DNA from: Minisyncoccia bacterium
GTDB lineage: Bacteria; Patescibacteriota; Minisyncoccia; Phycocordibacterales; JAKFXT01
Direction of reading: 5' to 3'
Assembly: GCA_041485465.1 (NCBI GenBank)
Contig: JBGPJO010000004.1
Span: 1 to 64,000, forward strand
Length of the DNA: 64,000 nucleotides
The notes beneath the pieces were generated by a model. It had not been told where the DNA came from, made no database searches, and was given only the letters and a program-made list of their open reading frames with translations. Made by a program: the position numbers and the translations under genes. Positions 9,082 through 17,212 of the stretch are shown here, piece by piece (within the stretch, counting starts at the first letter, position 1; every line of letters begins with the position of its first letter).

Positions 9082-9996
9082 TTAAAGCCAGCGTCTTGAT
9101 TTAAAGAATGCATAAACGACAATACCGCAGAGCAGCATAATACCAAGGACTATATAAAAACCCCTCGGGTCGGAGAGGAAGGGAATGAAGGGAGTACTCA
9201 AGCCGAAAATTGAAGCAACGAGGGACATCGGAAGAATCACGAAAGAGATAATCGCAAGAACCCGCATCGTCTCGTTTTGCTTGGTCGAAAGAAGGGAATT
9301 ATTGGTCTCGCGCAGTTCATTCAAAAACTCGAGATTGCCGGCAATCATCTCGGCCGTTCGGTAATACGCGCCGATGATGTCTTTAGCGTGATACGAAAAA
9401 TCTTCACCGAAGAAACGCCGTGCGGCGACGGAAAAGGATTCGAGTACTTCCCGGTGCGAGGTGAGCGCGTGTTTAAAATGAAGAAGCTCGCGGGAAATTT
9501 TTGAAATCTCAAGAACCATCGCCCGCTCGTTTCCGGAAAAAACACGGGACTCGATTGCTCGGAGGGTGTCCGACATGAAATCGAGTTCGTGGGCAACCGA
9601 CTTGTAAAGCTTCCTGATCATATAGAAAAAAATGAAGCCGGCATGTTCCCCGATATCGCTTCTATCCAAAATCGAATTAACTTCGAAAACTTTGGAGAAC
9701 TTATGGAGCGGGTCAATGGTATCGTAGCGTGTCGTGATCAAAAACTTTTTACCGATGACAAAATCGATTTCCTGCTCCATCTTTTCGGCATGAGTATGCT
9801 GAAAAGCCGGAAAATGAAGAATTAAATAAATATAGTTTGGGTAAAGATCGACTTTGGGCTTCGAAGAGGGGAAGATGAGTTCTTCGCCGACAAGCGGATT
9901 GATGCCATATTCTTCAATAACTCCACGCACTTCCTCGCGCGTCGGATTTTCAATATCGATCCAGATGAGACCGTTATGCTCCTGAGTCTTGATCAT
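9082..9996 (-). CDS. CorA-family divalent cation transporter (non-canonical GMN motif)
   Basis: CorA-like soluble N-domain and two C-terminal TM helices. The signature loop reads FGLSTPF where canonical CorA has YGMNF. Confidence 0.75.
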   Translation of the reverse strand: MIKTQEHNGLIWIDIENPTREEVRGVIEEYGINPLVGEELIFPSSKPKVDLYPNYIYLILHFPAFQHTHAEKMEQEIDFVIGKKFLITTRYDTIDPLHKFSKVFEVNSILDRSDIGEHAGFIFFYMIRKLYKSVAHELDFMSDTLRAIESRVFSGNERAMVLEISKISRELLHFKHALTSHREVLESFSVAARRFFGEDFSYHAKDIIGAYYRTAEMIAGNLEFLNELRETNNSLLSTKQNETMRVLAIISFVILPMSLVASIFGLSTPFIPFLSDPRGFYIVLGIMLLCGIVVYAFFKSRRWL

Positions 9997-10096
9997 TTAA
10001 ATTCAATTATACGGGGACGGATAATTGACCACAAGGGAGCATCTTGTCATAATGGTCGGGTTGTCTTTATCTTATTGTCTTATTGAATCTGAACTC

Positions 10097-11326
10097 ATGA
10101 AAAAAATCTTCGGCAAACAAGTCGCCATTGCTCTCGTCTTAATTGTAGTCGTTGGTGGGGCATTTTCGCTTGGCTACTACACGGGAGAGAAGAAACATCC
10201 GGCAATCGAGAGCGTTAGCGGACTTTCAAACAAGGAAGTCGGAGAACCAAACGGCACCGATTTTTCACTTTTCTGGCAGGCGTGGAATACCCTGAATGAA
10301 AAGTACGCCGGCTCAACAACGCCACCTTCTGCCCAAGAAAGGGTCTGGGGAGCAATAGAAGGGCTTGCGGGAGCTTATGGCGATCCCTATACCACCTTCT
10401 TCCCTCCCCAGGAATCGAAAAATTTTCAGGAGGCAGTTGCCGGAAATTTTGATGGAGTCGGCATGGAAGTCGGTATCCAAGGAGGAGTGCTTGTGGTAAT
10501 TTCTCCCCTTAAAAACACGCCGGCGTCGCGCGCGGGAGTTGAAGCGGGCGATCAGATTCTCAAAATAGACAAAACTGACGCGGCAACTCTTTCCGTCGAT
10601 AAAGCCGTTAATCTTATTCGCGGCAAAAAGGGAACGACCGTCGTCCTTACCCTTGGGCGTAAAGGCATCAAAGCGCCATTTGTCGTCTCAATCGTCCGCG
10701 ACACGATCGATATCCCGACGGTTGATACCGAGTTTCGCAAGAAGGATGGCGTGTTCGTACTCCGACTGTATAGTTTCTCGGCTCTCTCTCCAGGACTCTT
10801 TAGGGACGGCCTCAGGCAATTTGCCGAATCCGGCTCTGACAAACTTGTTATTGATTTAAGAAATAATCCCGGTGGCTACCTTGAAGCCGCGGTTGATATG
10901 GCGAGCTGGTTTTTGCCGGTTGGCAAAGTGGTGGTAACGGAAGATTTCGGCAAAGCCCAGGACCCCCAGGTATATCGAAGTAAGGGTTACAACGTTTTCT
11001 CCGACAATTTAAAATTGGTGATTCTCCTGAATGCCGGATCCGCTTCCGCCTCGGAAATTCTCGCGGGCGCTTTGCATGACCAGGGCAAAGCAACTCTTGT
11101 CGGCGAAAAATCATTCGGTAAAGGCTCTGTTCAGGAGCTCGTCGATCTTCCGGGAAAAACATCGCTTAAAGTGACCATCGCGCGCTGGCTCACACCAAAC
11201 GGCACCTCGATTTCGGGAAACGGCATTACGCCTGATGTCGTTGTTGAAATGAACGCGGATGATGTCAAGGCGGGGAAAGATACCCAGCTTGAGAAAGCCG
11301 CCGCGGTTCTTCTCAATAAAAAATAA
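10097..11326 (+). CDS. ctpA: Carboxyl-terminal processing protease (S41 family, PDZ domain)
   Basis: Signal-anchor MKKIFGKQVAIALVLIVVV, a PDZ region, and the S41 catalytic motifs NNPGGYLEAAV, GSASASEILAGAL and KSFGKGSVQ. Start chosen at the MKK Met. The track ORF begins at an upstream TTG. Confidence 0.85.
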   Translation: MKKIFGKQVAIALVLIVVVGGAFSLGYYTGEKKHPAIESVSGLSNKEVGEPNGTDFSLFWQAWNTLNEKYAGSTTPPSAQERVWGAIEGLAGAYGDPYTTFFPPQESKNFQEAVAGNFDGVGMEVGIQGGVLVVISPLKNTPASRAGVEAGDQILKIDKTDAATLSVDKAVNLIRGKKGTTVVLTLGRKGIKAPFVVSIVRDTIDIPTVDTEFRKKDGVFVLRLYSFSALSPGLFRDGLRQFAESGSDKLVIDLRNNPGGYLEAAVDMASWFLPVGKVVVTEDFGKAQDPQVYRSKGYNVFSDNLKLVILLNAGSASASEILAGALHDQGKATLVGEKSFGKGSVQELVDLPGKTSLKVTIARWLTPNGTSISGNGITPDVVVEMNADDVKAGKDTQLEKAAAVLLNKK

Positions 11327-11329
11327 AGC

Positions 11330-11776
11330 ATGAAAATCATATTTCTCAAGGATGTTCCGGGAAGCGGCAAGCGAAACGACATAAAAGACGTCGCATCCGG
11401 TTTTGCCGCGAACTATCTCATCCCCAATAAGCTCGCCGTGACGGCAACAGACATTGGTATGAGACGGGTGGAGCTTGAAAAAGCTCAGATGATGGTTGAA
11501 GCGAAGCTCGAGAAGGATCTTCTCCTTAAGAATTTATCGAGCCTAAACGGCAGCCGGGTCACGATCCTTGGCAAAGCAAACGAAGAGGGACACCTGTTCG
11601 CCGGTATTCATAAAAAAGAAATCCGAGACCAGATCAAAAAAGAGCTCCGAATCGAGATTCCGGAAGATTCAATTGAACTTAAAGAACCTATCAAGACGCT
11701 GGGAGAAGTACCAATAGAGGTTGAAAGCTATGGCAGAAAAGTAACATTTACGCTTTCAGTCGAGAAAGGAAAATAA
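11330..11776 (+). CDS. rplI: 50S ribosomal protein L9
   Basis: MKIIFLKDVPGSGKRNDIKDVASGFAANYLIPNKLAV matches the L9 N-domain. Confidence 0.85.
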   Translation: MKIIFLKDVPGSGKRNDIKDVASGFAANYLIPNKLAVTATDIGMRRVELEKAQMMVEAKLEKDLLLKNLSSLNGSRVTILGKANEEGHLFAGIHKKEIRDQIKKELRIEIPEDSIELKEPIKTLGEVPIEVESYGRKVTFTLSVEKGK

Positions 11777-11779
11777 AAA

Positions 11780-11806
11780 TTCCCCCGAACAGGGAAATTT
11801 TTATTT
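11780..11806. terminator. Bidirectional intrinsic terminator between rplI(+) and rpmA(-)
   Basis: ttccc/gggaa stem with loop ccgaaca. An A-run lies upstream and a T-run downstream (aaaaa...ttttt). Confidence 0.45.
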
Positions 11807-12073
11807 CACACTGACAGTCTTTTTGACCTTCGTCTTTCCGTTAAAATGGATTTTCCGTTTGATACCGTACTCAACCACTCCGTCTTTTAGAGCAAAAAGA
11901 GTATGATCTTTTCCGATGCCGACGTTAACGCCGGGAATAATCCGCGTACCGCGCTGGCGGATGATAATAGCGCCCTTTGAGGCTTTTTCGCCGTCATAGA
12001 GTTTAGTACCCAAGTATTTGGGCTGTGAATCACGAAGATTTCTGGCGGTACCGCCTGCTTTTCTATGTGCCAT
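11801..12073 (-). CDS. rpmA: 50S ribosomal protein L27
   Basis: [24 protein letters not shown] is the L27 signature. 90 aa. Confidence 0.9.
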   Translation of the reverse strand: MAHRKAGGTARNLRDSQPKYLGTKLYDGEKASKGAIIIRQRGTRIIPGVNVGIGKDHTLFALKDGVVEYGIKRKIHFNGKTKVKKTVSVK

Positions 12074-12173
12074 AGCTGTATTATGATAGGTTTACGTTTC
12101 GATTATAAAAGATTTTAAGAAATTATCAAGAGACCATACGCTCGTGAGGTTCATTAGAGAAAATTTTGAAGAC

Positions 12174-12320
12174 ATGGCGATTGTCGCCATCATTATCCTT
12201 GTTGGCCTCGACTCTTTCGGCTTAGGAAGACTCTCGGTTCAAAAAAGAGAACTGAAACCACTTCGAGTGCTTTCTCCTCAAACCACCAATGAGGCAGAGA
12301 GCTCGAAAAGCAATTTATGA
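12174..12320 (+). CDS. small hydrophobic peptide (about 48 aa; possible GTG start at 12144)
   Basis: Translates to MAIVAIIILVGLDSFGLGRLSVQK.... Its TGA stop overlaps the ATG of the next gene (ATGA), which suggests translational coupling. Confidence 0.3.
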   Translation: MAIVAIIILVGLDSFGLGRLSVQKRELKPLRVLSPQTTNEAESSKSNL

Positions 12321-12619
12321 AATACGATAAATTAGTCCGGGATAAAATTCCCGATATCATTAAATCAAAAGGGGGGAAGGTCTCATTTCATACGGCAACG
12401 GAGGATGAATACTGGCGAAAGCTCAAGGAAAAACTGGAAGAGGAGGTTGCTGAATTTAAAAAAGACGAATCGGCTGAAGAAATCGCCGATATTTTTGAGG
12501 TGCTTCATGCCATTATAGAATACAAAGGTTTTCGTGAAGATGTGATCGAGGAAACAAAACGGGAGAAGAAAGAAAAAAAGGGCGGATTCGAAAAACGCTT
12601 TATTCTCGAAGAATCATAA
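12317..12619 (+). CDS. MazG-like nucleoside triphosphate pyrophosphohydrolase (all-alpha NTP-PPase)
   Basis: KLVRDKIP N-terminus and an EE..E acidic metal-binding pattern, as in small MazG-like proteins. 100 aa. Confidence 0.55.
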   Translation: MKYDKLVRDKIPDIIKSKGGKVSFHTATEDEYWRKLKEKLEEEVAEFKKDESAEEIADIFEVLHAIIEYKGFREDVIEETKREKKEKKGGFEKRFILEES

Positions 12620-12623
12620 TTAT

Positions 12624-13211
12624 ATGATAGTAGTCGATATAGAAGCCTCAGGCACTGAGCCGTACAAGCATTCGATCGTTTCAATCGGTGCCCTTGATTT
12701 TACCAATCCGGAGAAACAATTTTATGCCGAATGCCGTATTTGGGATGGCGCCCACATAATGGATGAGGCGCTTGCCGTAAACGGCTTCACCAAAGAGCAA
12801 ATTATGGATCCTCCCAAAAAAACGGAAGGGGAGATCGTAACCGAGTTTTTTAAGTGGTTAAAAGACAGCCCCGACCATACAACCGCAGGGCAAAATCCCT
12901 CCTTTGACCGCGATTTTTTGCGACTTGCCGCGGAACGCGCGCACATAGATTATCCGCTCGCCTATCGCACTGTCGACCTTCATTCGGTTTGCTATCTTCA
13001 TATGATTGAACATGGTTTGATTCCGCCTCTTAAAAATAAACGCTCGGATCTCAATTCCGGGAAAATAATGGGCTATGTTGGAATTCCCGAAGAACCAAAA
13101 CCGCACAACGCCCTCATGGGCGCCAAAGTCGCTGGCGAAGCTCTTTCGCGTCTTCTGTATCGTAAAAACCTCTTGCCCGATTTTGCCCAGTTTGAAATAC
13201 CAAAATTTTAA
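12624..13211 (+). CDS. DEDD-family 3'-5' exonuclease (DnaQ/RNase T-like)
   Basis: Exo I VVDIEASGT and Exo II QNPSFDRDFL are both present. Exo III reads HNALMGA, so the usual Asp is replaced by Gly. Confidence 0.7.
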   Translation: MIVVDIEASGTEPYKHSIVSIGALDFTNPEKQFYAECRIWDGAHIMDEALAVNGFTKEQIMDPPKKTEGEIVTEFFKWLKDSPDHTTAGQNPSFDRDFLRLAAERAHIDYPLAYRTVDLHSVCYLHMIEHGLIPPLKNKRSDLNSGKIMGYVGIPEEPKPHNALMGAKVAGEALSRLLYRKNLLPDFAQFEIPKF

Positions 13212-13226
13212 AGTAGGATACCCTTC

Positions 13227-13427
13227 ATGGCACCGGTCCAAAAATTGTATCTCTCGGATACCGACAAAAAGATTGCCGGCGTGTGCGGTGGACTTGGTGA
13301 GCGATTTCAAGTTGATTCGACGATGATTCGGCTCCTGGTGGTGTTTCTTGCTCTCATTACTGCAGTATTTCCTATCGTGATTACATACATCATTGCCTGG
13401 CTGATCATCCCGAGAAGAACCTCCTAA
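13227..13427 (+). CDS. PspC-domain membrane protein
   Basis: KKIAGVCGGLGERFQVD...IRLLVVFLAL is the PspC domain signature. 66 aa. Confidence 0.7.
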   Translation: MAPVQKLYLSDTDKKIAGVCGGLGERFQVDSTMIRLLVVFLALITAVFPIVITYIIAWLIIPRRTS

Positions 13428-13440
13428 AGAGAGCGCCATA

Positions 13441-13514
13441 CGGGCTGTAGTATACCGGCAGTACGCATGCATGGGGTGCATGTAGACCGGGTTCGATTCC
13501 CGGCAGCCCGACCA
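13441..13514 (+). tRNA. tRNA-Pro (anticodon GGG), CCA encoded
   Basis: Acceptor CGGGCTG/CAGCCCG. D-stem GTAT/GTAC. Anticodon stem CATGC/GCATG with loop ATGGGGT (T33, GGG, G37). T-arm CCGGGTTCGATTCCCGG. Discriminator A plus CCA. Confidence 0.85.
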
Positions 13515-13668
13515 AATTGCAAAAAAGAAGTAAACCGGGTTCGACTTCGCTCACCACAAGTCAAACCATTCTCGGCACCATGACTAGGATTGATTGGATT
13601 GATTTTTCTTGCCATTTCTGCTAGTGTCCTTTTAGAGTTATTTTAATTTTCAGCGAAAGGGGCACCTC

Positions 13669-14343
13669 ATGTGGCGAACCTCAGACGAATGGATTGAGGC
13701 ATACAAAACCAAGGGTGCCTTATGGATTCACGACGGCAATCCGAAGCGCCCTCACGCCCTCCTGACCTCGGGGAATCACAGCGACGGGTTTTTCAACAGC
13801 AAACTTGTCACGGAAGATCCCTTCCTGTTACAAGAAGCTTCAGCCGACTTGGTAGAGCTTCTTGTGCAAAACTGTCTTGACCTCGAGCTTGTTGACCGGG
13901 TCGTAGGACCCGCAACCGGAGCTACGAAACTTGCCGAGGAAGGAGTTGCCCCAGAGATTGGTAAGAAGCGCGGCCGGCCGTGCTTAAGTGCGTATACTGA
14001 AAAAGACACGGACAAGGATGGCAAGAAAAGAATGATCTTCATAAATACAAGCATCCGCGACGGCGAGACCGTTCTGCTGTGCGAAGATGTTCGCACGACA
14101 GGCGAGAGTGTGGGCCTTACTGCCCAGGCTGTGATCAATGCCGGGGGCACAATTCTGCCCTACGTTGCTCTTCTGGTTAACAGATCGGGTGAGCAAAATT
14201 CACACGGCGTAGATTTTATCGCCCTCATCAATCGGCATATGCAGTCATGGAGGCCTGAAGAATGTCCTCTCTGCCCAAAGGGCTCTGAAGCTATCCGCCC
14301 GGAAGGCACGGAAAACTGGCAGCGTCTCAACGCGACCTACTAA
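13669..14343 (+). CDS. pyrE: Type I phosphoribosyltransferase, orotate PRTase-like
   Basis: PRPP-binding motif VLLCEDVRTTGESV. It lies next to pyrF. The family assignment comes from the motif only. Confidence 0.55.
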   Translation: MWRTSDEWIEAYKTKGALWIHDGNPKRPHALLTSGNHSDGFFNSKLVTEDPFLLQEASADLVELLVQNCLDLELVDRVVGPATGATKLAEEGVAPEIGKKRGRPCLSAYTEKDTDKDGKKRMIFINTSIRDGETVLLCEDVRTTGESVGLTAQAVINAGGTILPYVALLVNRSGEQNSHGVDFIALINRHMQSWRPEECPLCPKGSEAIRPEGTENWQRLNATY

Positions 14344-14353
14344 GGAGGAAGAC

Positions 14354-15094
14354 TTGAGAAAAATTCTCACTCCGGCAGAGATGCTTATCGTCGCTGCCGA
14401 TTTCAAACCAACACGACCTGAAGCAAACGAGGAGGTGGTGGGAAAAGCGGTTTCGCTTGCAGAGAAGCTTCGCGGAACCGGCGTTTATCTCAAGATGAAC
14501 TCGGTTCTCAGGTCGGGCGGATATCCGATTATCAGCAATATCCATTATTTCGGGGTGAAGGTGTTCGCCGACCTCAAATTTTTCGACATCCCCGAGACTC
14601 TTGCAATAGACGGGATGCTGCTTCGGGAATTCAAGCCCGAACTTGCCACCGTGGCCTGTTCGACCGGCGTAAAGGCCATACAGTTCCTGAAGACAGAGCT
14701 TCCCGACACGGAACTACTCGGCGTCACAATTCTCACTTCGTTCAATGAGGACGACTCGAATGCAATGTTCACCTGCTCAACCGAAGAAGCAGTGCTCCGC
14801 CTTGCCGGATTCGGACAAGATGGCGGAGTGAACGGATATATATCCTCCGGAAAAGAGGCGGAAGTTCTTCGAGCCAAATTTGGGCTCGTTATGAGCTTGA
14901 ACACCCCCGCCATCCGTCCGGCGTGGGCAATTATCCCAGGAGATGATCAGAATCCCGACAGGATCATGACTCCGGCAAAGGCGATAAAAGCTGGCGCGGA
15001 TCGCATCGTGGTTGGGCGACCTATTACACAAGCCCCGAATCCCTATGATGCAGTCATGCGTACGATCGATGAGATCGCCTCCGCATGCCCCTGA
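14354..15094 (+). CDS. pyrF: Orotidine 5'-phosphate decarboxylase
   Basis: Motifs DLKFFDIPET and IVVGRPI. TTG start with an AGGAGG RBS 6 nt upstream. Confidence 0.8.
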   Translation: MRKILTPAEMLIVAADFKPTRPEANEEVVGKAVSLAEKLRGTGVYLKMNSVLRSGGYPIISNIHYFGVKVFADLKFFDIPETLAIDGMLLREFKPELATVACSTGVKAIQFLKTELPDTELLGVTILTSFNEDDSNAMFTCSTEEAVLRLAGFGQDGGVNGYISSGKEAEVLRAKFGLVMSLNTPAIRPAWAIIPGDDQNPDRIMTPAKAIKAGADRIVVGRPITQAPNPYDAVMRTIDEIASACP

Positions 15095-15116
15095 TCATGT
15101 GCGGGAAAGTACAAAT

Positions 15117-15154
15117 AGGCCTCGTCTCAAGAGACGAGGCCTTTTATTTTTTTT
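15117..15154 (+). terminator. Rho-independent terminator after pyrF
   Basis: aggcctcgtctc/gagacgaggcct stem followed by ttttatttttttt. Confidence 0.65.
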
Positions 15155-15156
15155 AA

Positions 15157-15585
15157 TTAAACGCTTGAAATAGGTGTTGTATTTTTGTGAGGCCTATTAT
15201 CAAAACTTAAGGCTCCTGCACCGTGTACCGTGTACATAAGAAGGCCTGCAATAATGGCAAGGTTTTTAAAAGCGTTCACAAGCTGTGTCTGGTCGGCAAA
15301 ATTACTGTGGAAGTAATAGATGGTGAGGGCCGTAAAAACTATCAGTGCCGAGGCCGCCCATTTTGTCTTATAGCCAAGAAGAAGGAAGAGGCTGCCAAAG
15401 ATTTCAATTAAAATACCGATCGTAAGAAGAATCGTTGGAAGAGGTACGCCAGCCTGACCCATGAAGCCCGCGGTTTGGGTAAAGTTAAGAGTCTTGCCGA
15501 TCCCGGCATATATAAACAAGGGAGCGATAAGTATCCGACCAATAAGAGGGAAGTACTTATTACATAATTGATTGATCAACATCAT
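15157..15585 (-). CDS. DoxX-family membrane protein
   Basis: Four TM helices in a DoxX-like pattern (APLFIYAGIGK...). 142 aa. Confidence 0.7.
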   Translation of the reverse strand: MMLINQLCNKYFPLIGRILIAPLFIYAGIGKTLNFTQTAGFMGQAGVPLPTILLTIGILIEIFGSLFLLLGYKTKWAASALIVFTALTIYYFHSNFADQTQLVNAFKNLAIIAGLLMYTVHGAGALSFDNRPHKNTTPISSV

Positions 15586-15796
15586 AGGAAGGGAGGTTTA
15601 CGATTAAAAGTTATAGACGCGATTTAGTATAGCAATAAAGTGAAAAATTGGGATGTGGATGGAGTGGCGCCCGGACAAGAGGTAGTAATCTAGACGGCTG
15701 TTTTTAATTATCCTCTTATATTAAGAATCTCCTAAAATCCTTATTTTTAGCCTTATATTCAGTGTTGACGACACCTCTCTATTATTGTCTATCTAT

Positions 15797-15836
15797 TGAC
15801 AAACTACCTTAGGAATGCTACTATTAAAGAAATCAG
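15797..15836 (+). promoter_or_regulatory. sigma-70-like promoter (TTGACA-17-TACTAT) in an AT-rich spacer
   Basis: Exact TTGACA, then a 17-nt spacer, then TACTAT. It lies about 30 nt upstream of the open frame that encodes the transglycosylase-like protein. Confidence 0.35.
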
Positions 15837-15868
15837 AGTGATCCTCTGGTTTTTTCATTTACCAGTAA

Positions 15869-16351
15869 ATCTTCGGCTTACACGCTAATACTTGGCTTAT
15901 TATTGGACTTGCAACAGGACTTCTACTTATCTTTGGCTCATTCTCAAACAAGATAGACACAACTCCAATCGCAAACGCAGACACTGGCGCTTCTCAAATC
16001 ATTATCCTTCCGAAAGAAGGAAAGGAAACCGACCCATCGGTAGTTGAAAAAATTGTCCGCGATCAATTCAAGGACACTCCCGTACTGATCGATATTGCGC
16101 GCTGCGAATCCCGCTTCACGCAGTTTGATACGGACGGCGACATCCACCGGGGCGAGGCCAACAAACGAGACGTCGGCGTGATGCAGATTAACGAGCATTT
16201 CCACTTGGATAAAGCGCTCGAGCTCGGATACGACATCTACACTATCGAAGGGAACCTTGCCTACGGCAAGTATCTCTACTATAAGGAAGGTACGGCTCCG
16301 TGGGTCTCATCCGCAAGCTGTTGGAAAAGAGCACCGATTGCCAAACGATAA
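15869..16351 (+). CDS. secreted lytic transglycosylase-like (lysozyme-like) protein; canonical start codon missing
   Basis: A 161-codon open frame read by hand. It has a hydrophobic N-region (WLIIGLATGLLLIFGSF) and an SLT/Rpf-like motif IARCESRFTQFD...RDVGVMQINEHFH. There is no in-frame ATG/GTG/TTG before residue about 115. A strong terminator follows it. Absent from the supplied ORF track. Confidence 0.5.
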   Translation: MFGLHANTWLIIGLATGLLLIFGSFSNKIDTTPIANADTGASQIIILPKEGKETDPSVVEKIVRDQFKDTPVLIDIARCESRFTQFDTDGDIHRGEANKRDVGVMQINEHFHLDKALELGYDIYTIEGNLAYGKYLYYKEGTAPWVSSASCWKRAPIAKR

Positions 16352-16360
16352 GAAACCAAA

Positions 16361-16386
16361 AACCCGCCCTCGTGGCGGGTTTTTGC
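16361..16386 (+). terminator. Rho-independent terminator
   Basis: cccgcc/ggcggg stem followed by tttttg. Confidence 0.6.
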
Positions 16387-16455
16387 TTGGAAACAGGGAA
16401 GTGTTATACTGTTCTCAACGAAATCAGAGCTTTTACTAATTAGCTATATAAAATC

Positions 16456-16806
16456 ATGATGAATGATGGAAAAATGGGAGGAGAAGAAAAGGGGAGTTGG
16501 GAAGGACACGCATGTCCCATGTGCCAGGGTTCCGGCAAGATGCATGGTGGCATGGGTTGCTGGGGATGGGGCAGGCATGGCTATCATAGGCATATGCTCA
16601 TAAAGATTTTGATCGCGATTTTCATCTTCTGGGCCGGATATAATCTAGGAGAACTCAAGGGAGAACTTCGTGCCTATCGGGGCTTCGATGGCGGTCACAT
16701 GTCCTTATGGGGTTTCGGTAATGATGGATATGGAAACTTTGGGGACATGAGAGTCTTCATGAATCAGTATATGAGAACTTCAACGTCTACACTCCCAACT
16801 AAGTAA
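16456..16806 (+). CDS. small Cys/His/Met/Gly-rich membrane protein (putative metal-binding)
   Basis: N-terminus HACPMCQGSGKMHGGMGCWGWGRHGYHRHM, then one TM helix, then a Gly/Asp/Tyr-rich tail. Terminators lie on both sides. Confidence 0.5.
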   Translation: MMNDGKMGGEEKGSWEGHACPMCQGSGKMHGGMGCWGWGRHGYHRHMLIKILIAIFIFWAGYNLGELKGELRAYRGFDGGHMSLWGFGNDGYGNFGDMRVFMNQYMRTSTSTLPTK

Positions 16807-16826
16807 GAAATTTTTATCGCTAAGTC

Positions 16827-16856
16827 AAAACCCCGCCACATGTGGCGGGGTTTTTG
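16827..16856. terminator. Bidirectional intrinsic terminator
   Basis: Perfect palindrome ccccgccaca/tgtggcgggg flanked by aaaa and ttttt. Confidence 0.6.
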
Positions 16857-17212
16857 GTTGTAATTTATCTTATTTTTGGCAGTTGATTTTTGAATCCACC
16901 ACAGCACGAGAGGGCAGGGAAATGGATGATGTCGTGCGGTGGCTCCATCTAGATTATATGAATGTCGCACAATATATCTTTTGCGACATATACCTATAGG
17001 CATAGGCGCCGCCTAAAACAAAGACGGGTCGGAACCCTGCGCCTGTATGATCCATACCCCATCGACATGCACCCACACGCGCCAAGAAAAATCAGCAGTA
17101 AAATTTCCGCCACTTCCCCAGAATCTTTTATATAAAATTTAGATGTAAGCGACCTTCTAAAAAACCAATGTTAGAAGGGGGAGGGGGTCCCCTGCCCCAC
17201 CATCGAATACAC

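Noticed and set aside
13424-13615. A 63-aa minus-strand ORF overlapping tRNA-Pro.
   Set aside because: It coincides with a well-formed tRNA cloverleaf and has no support as coding.
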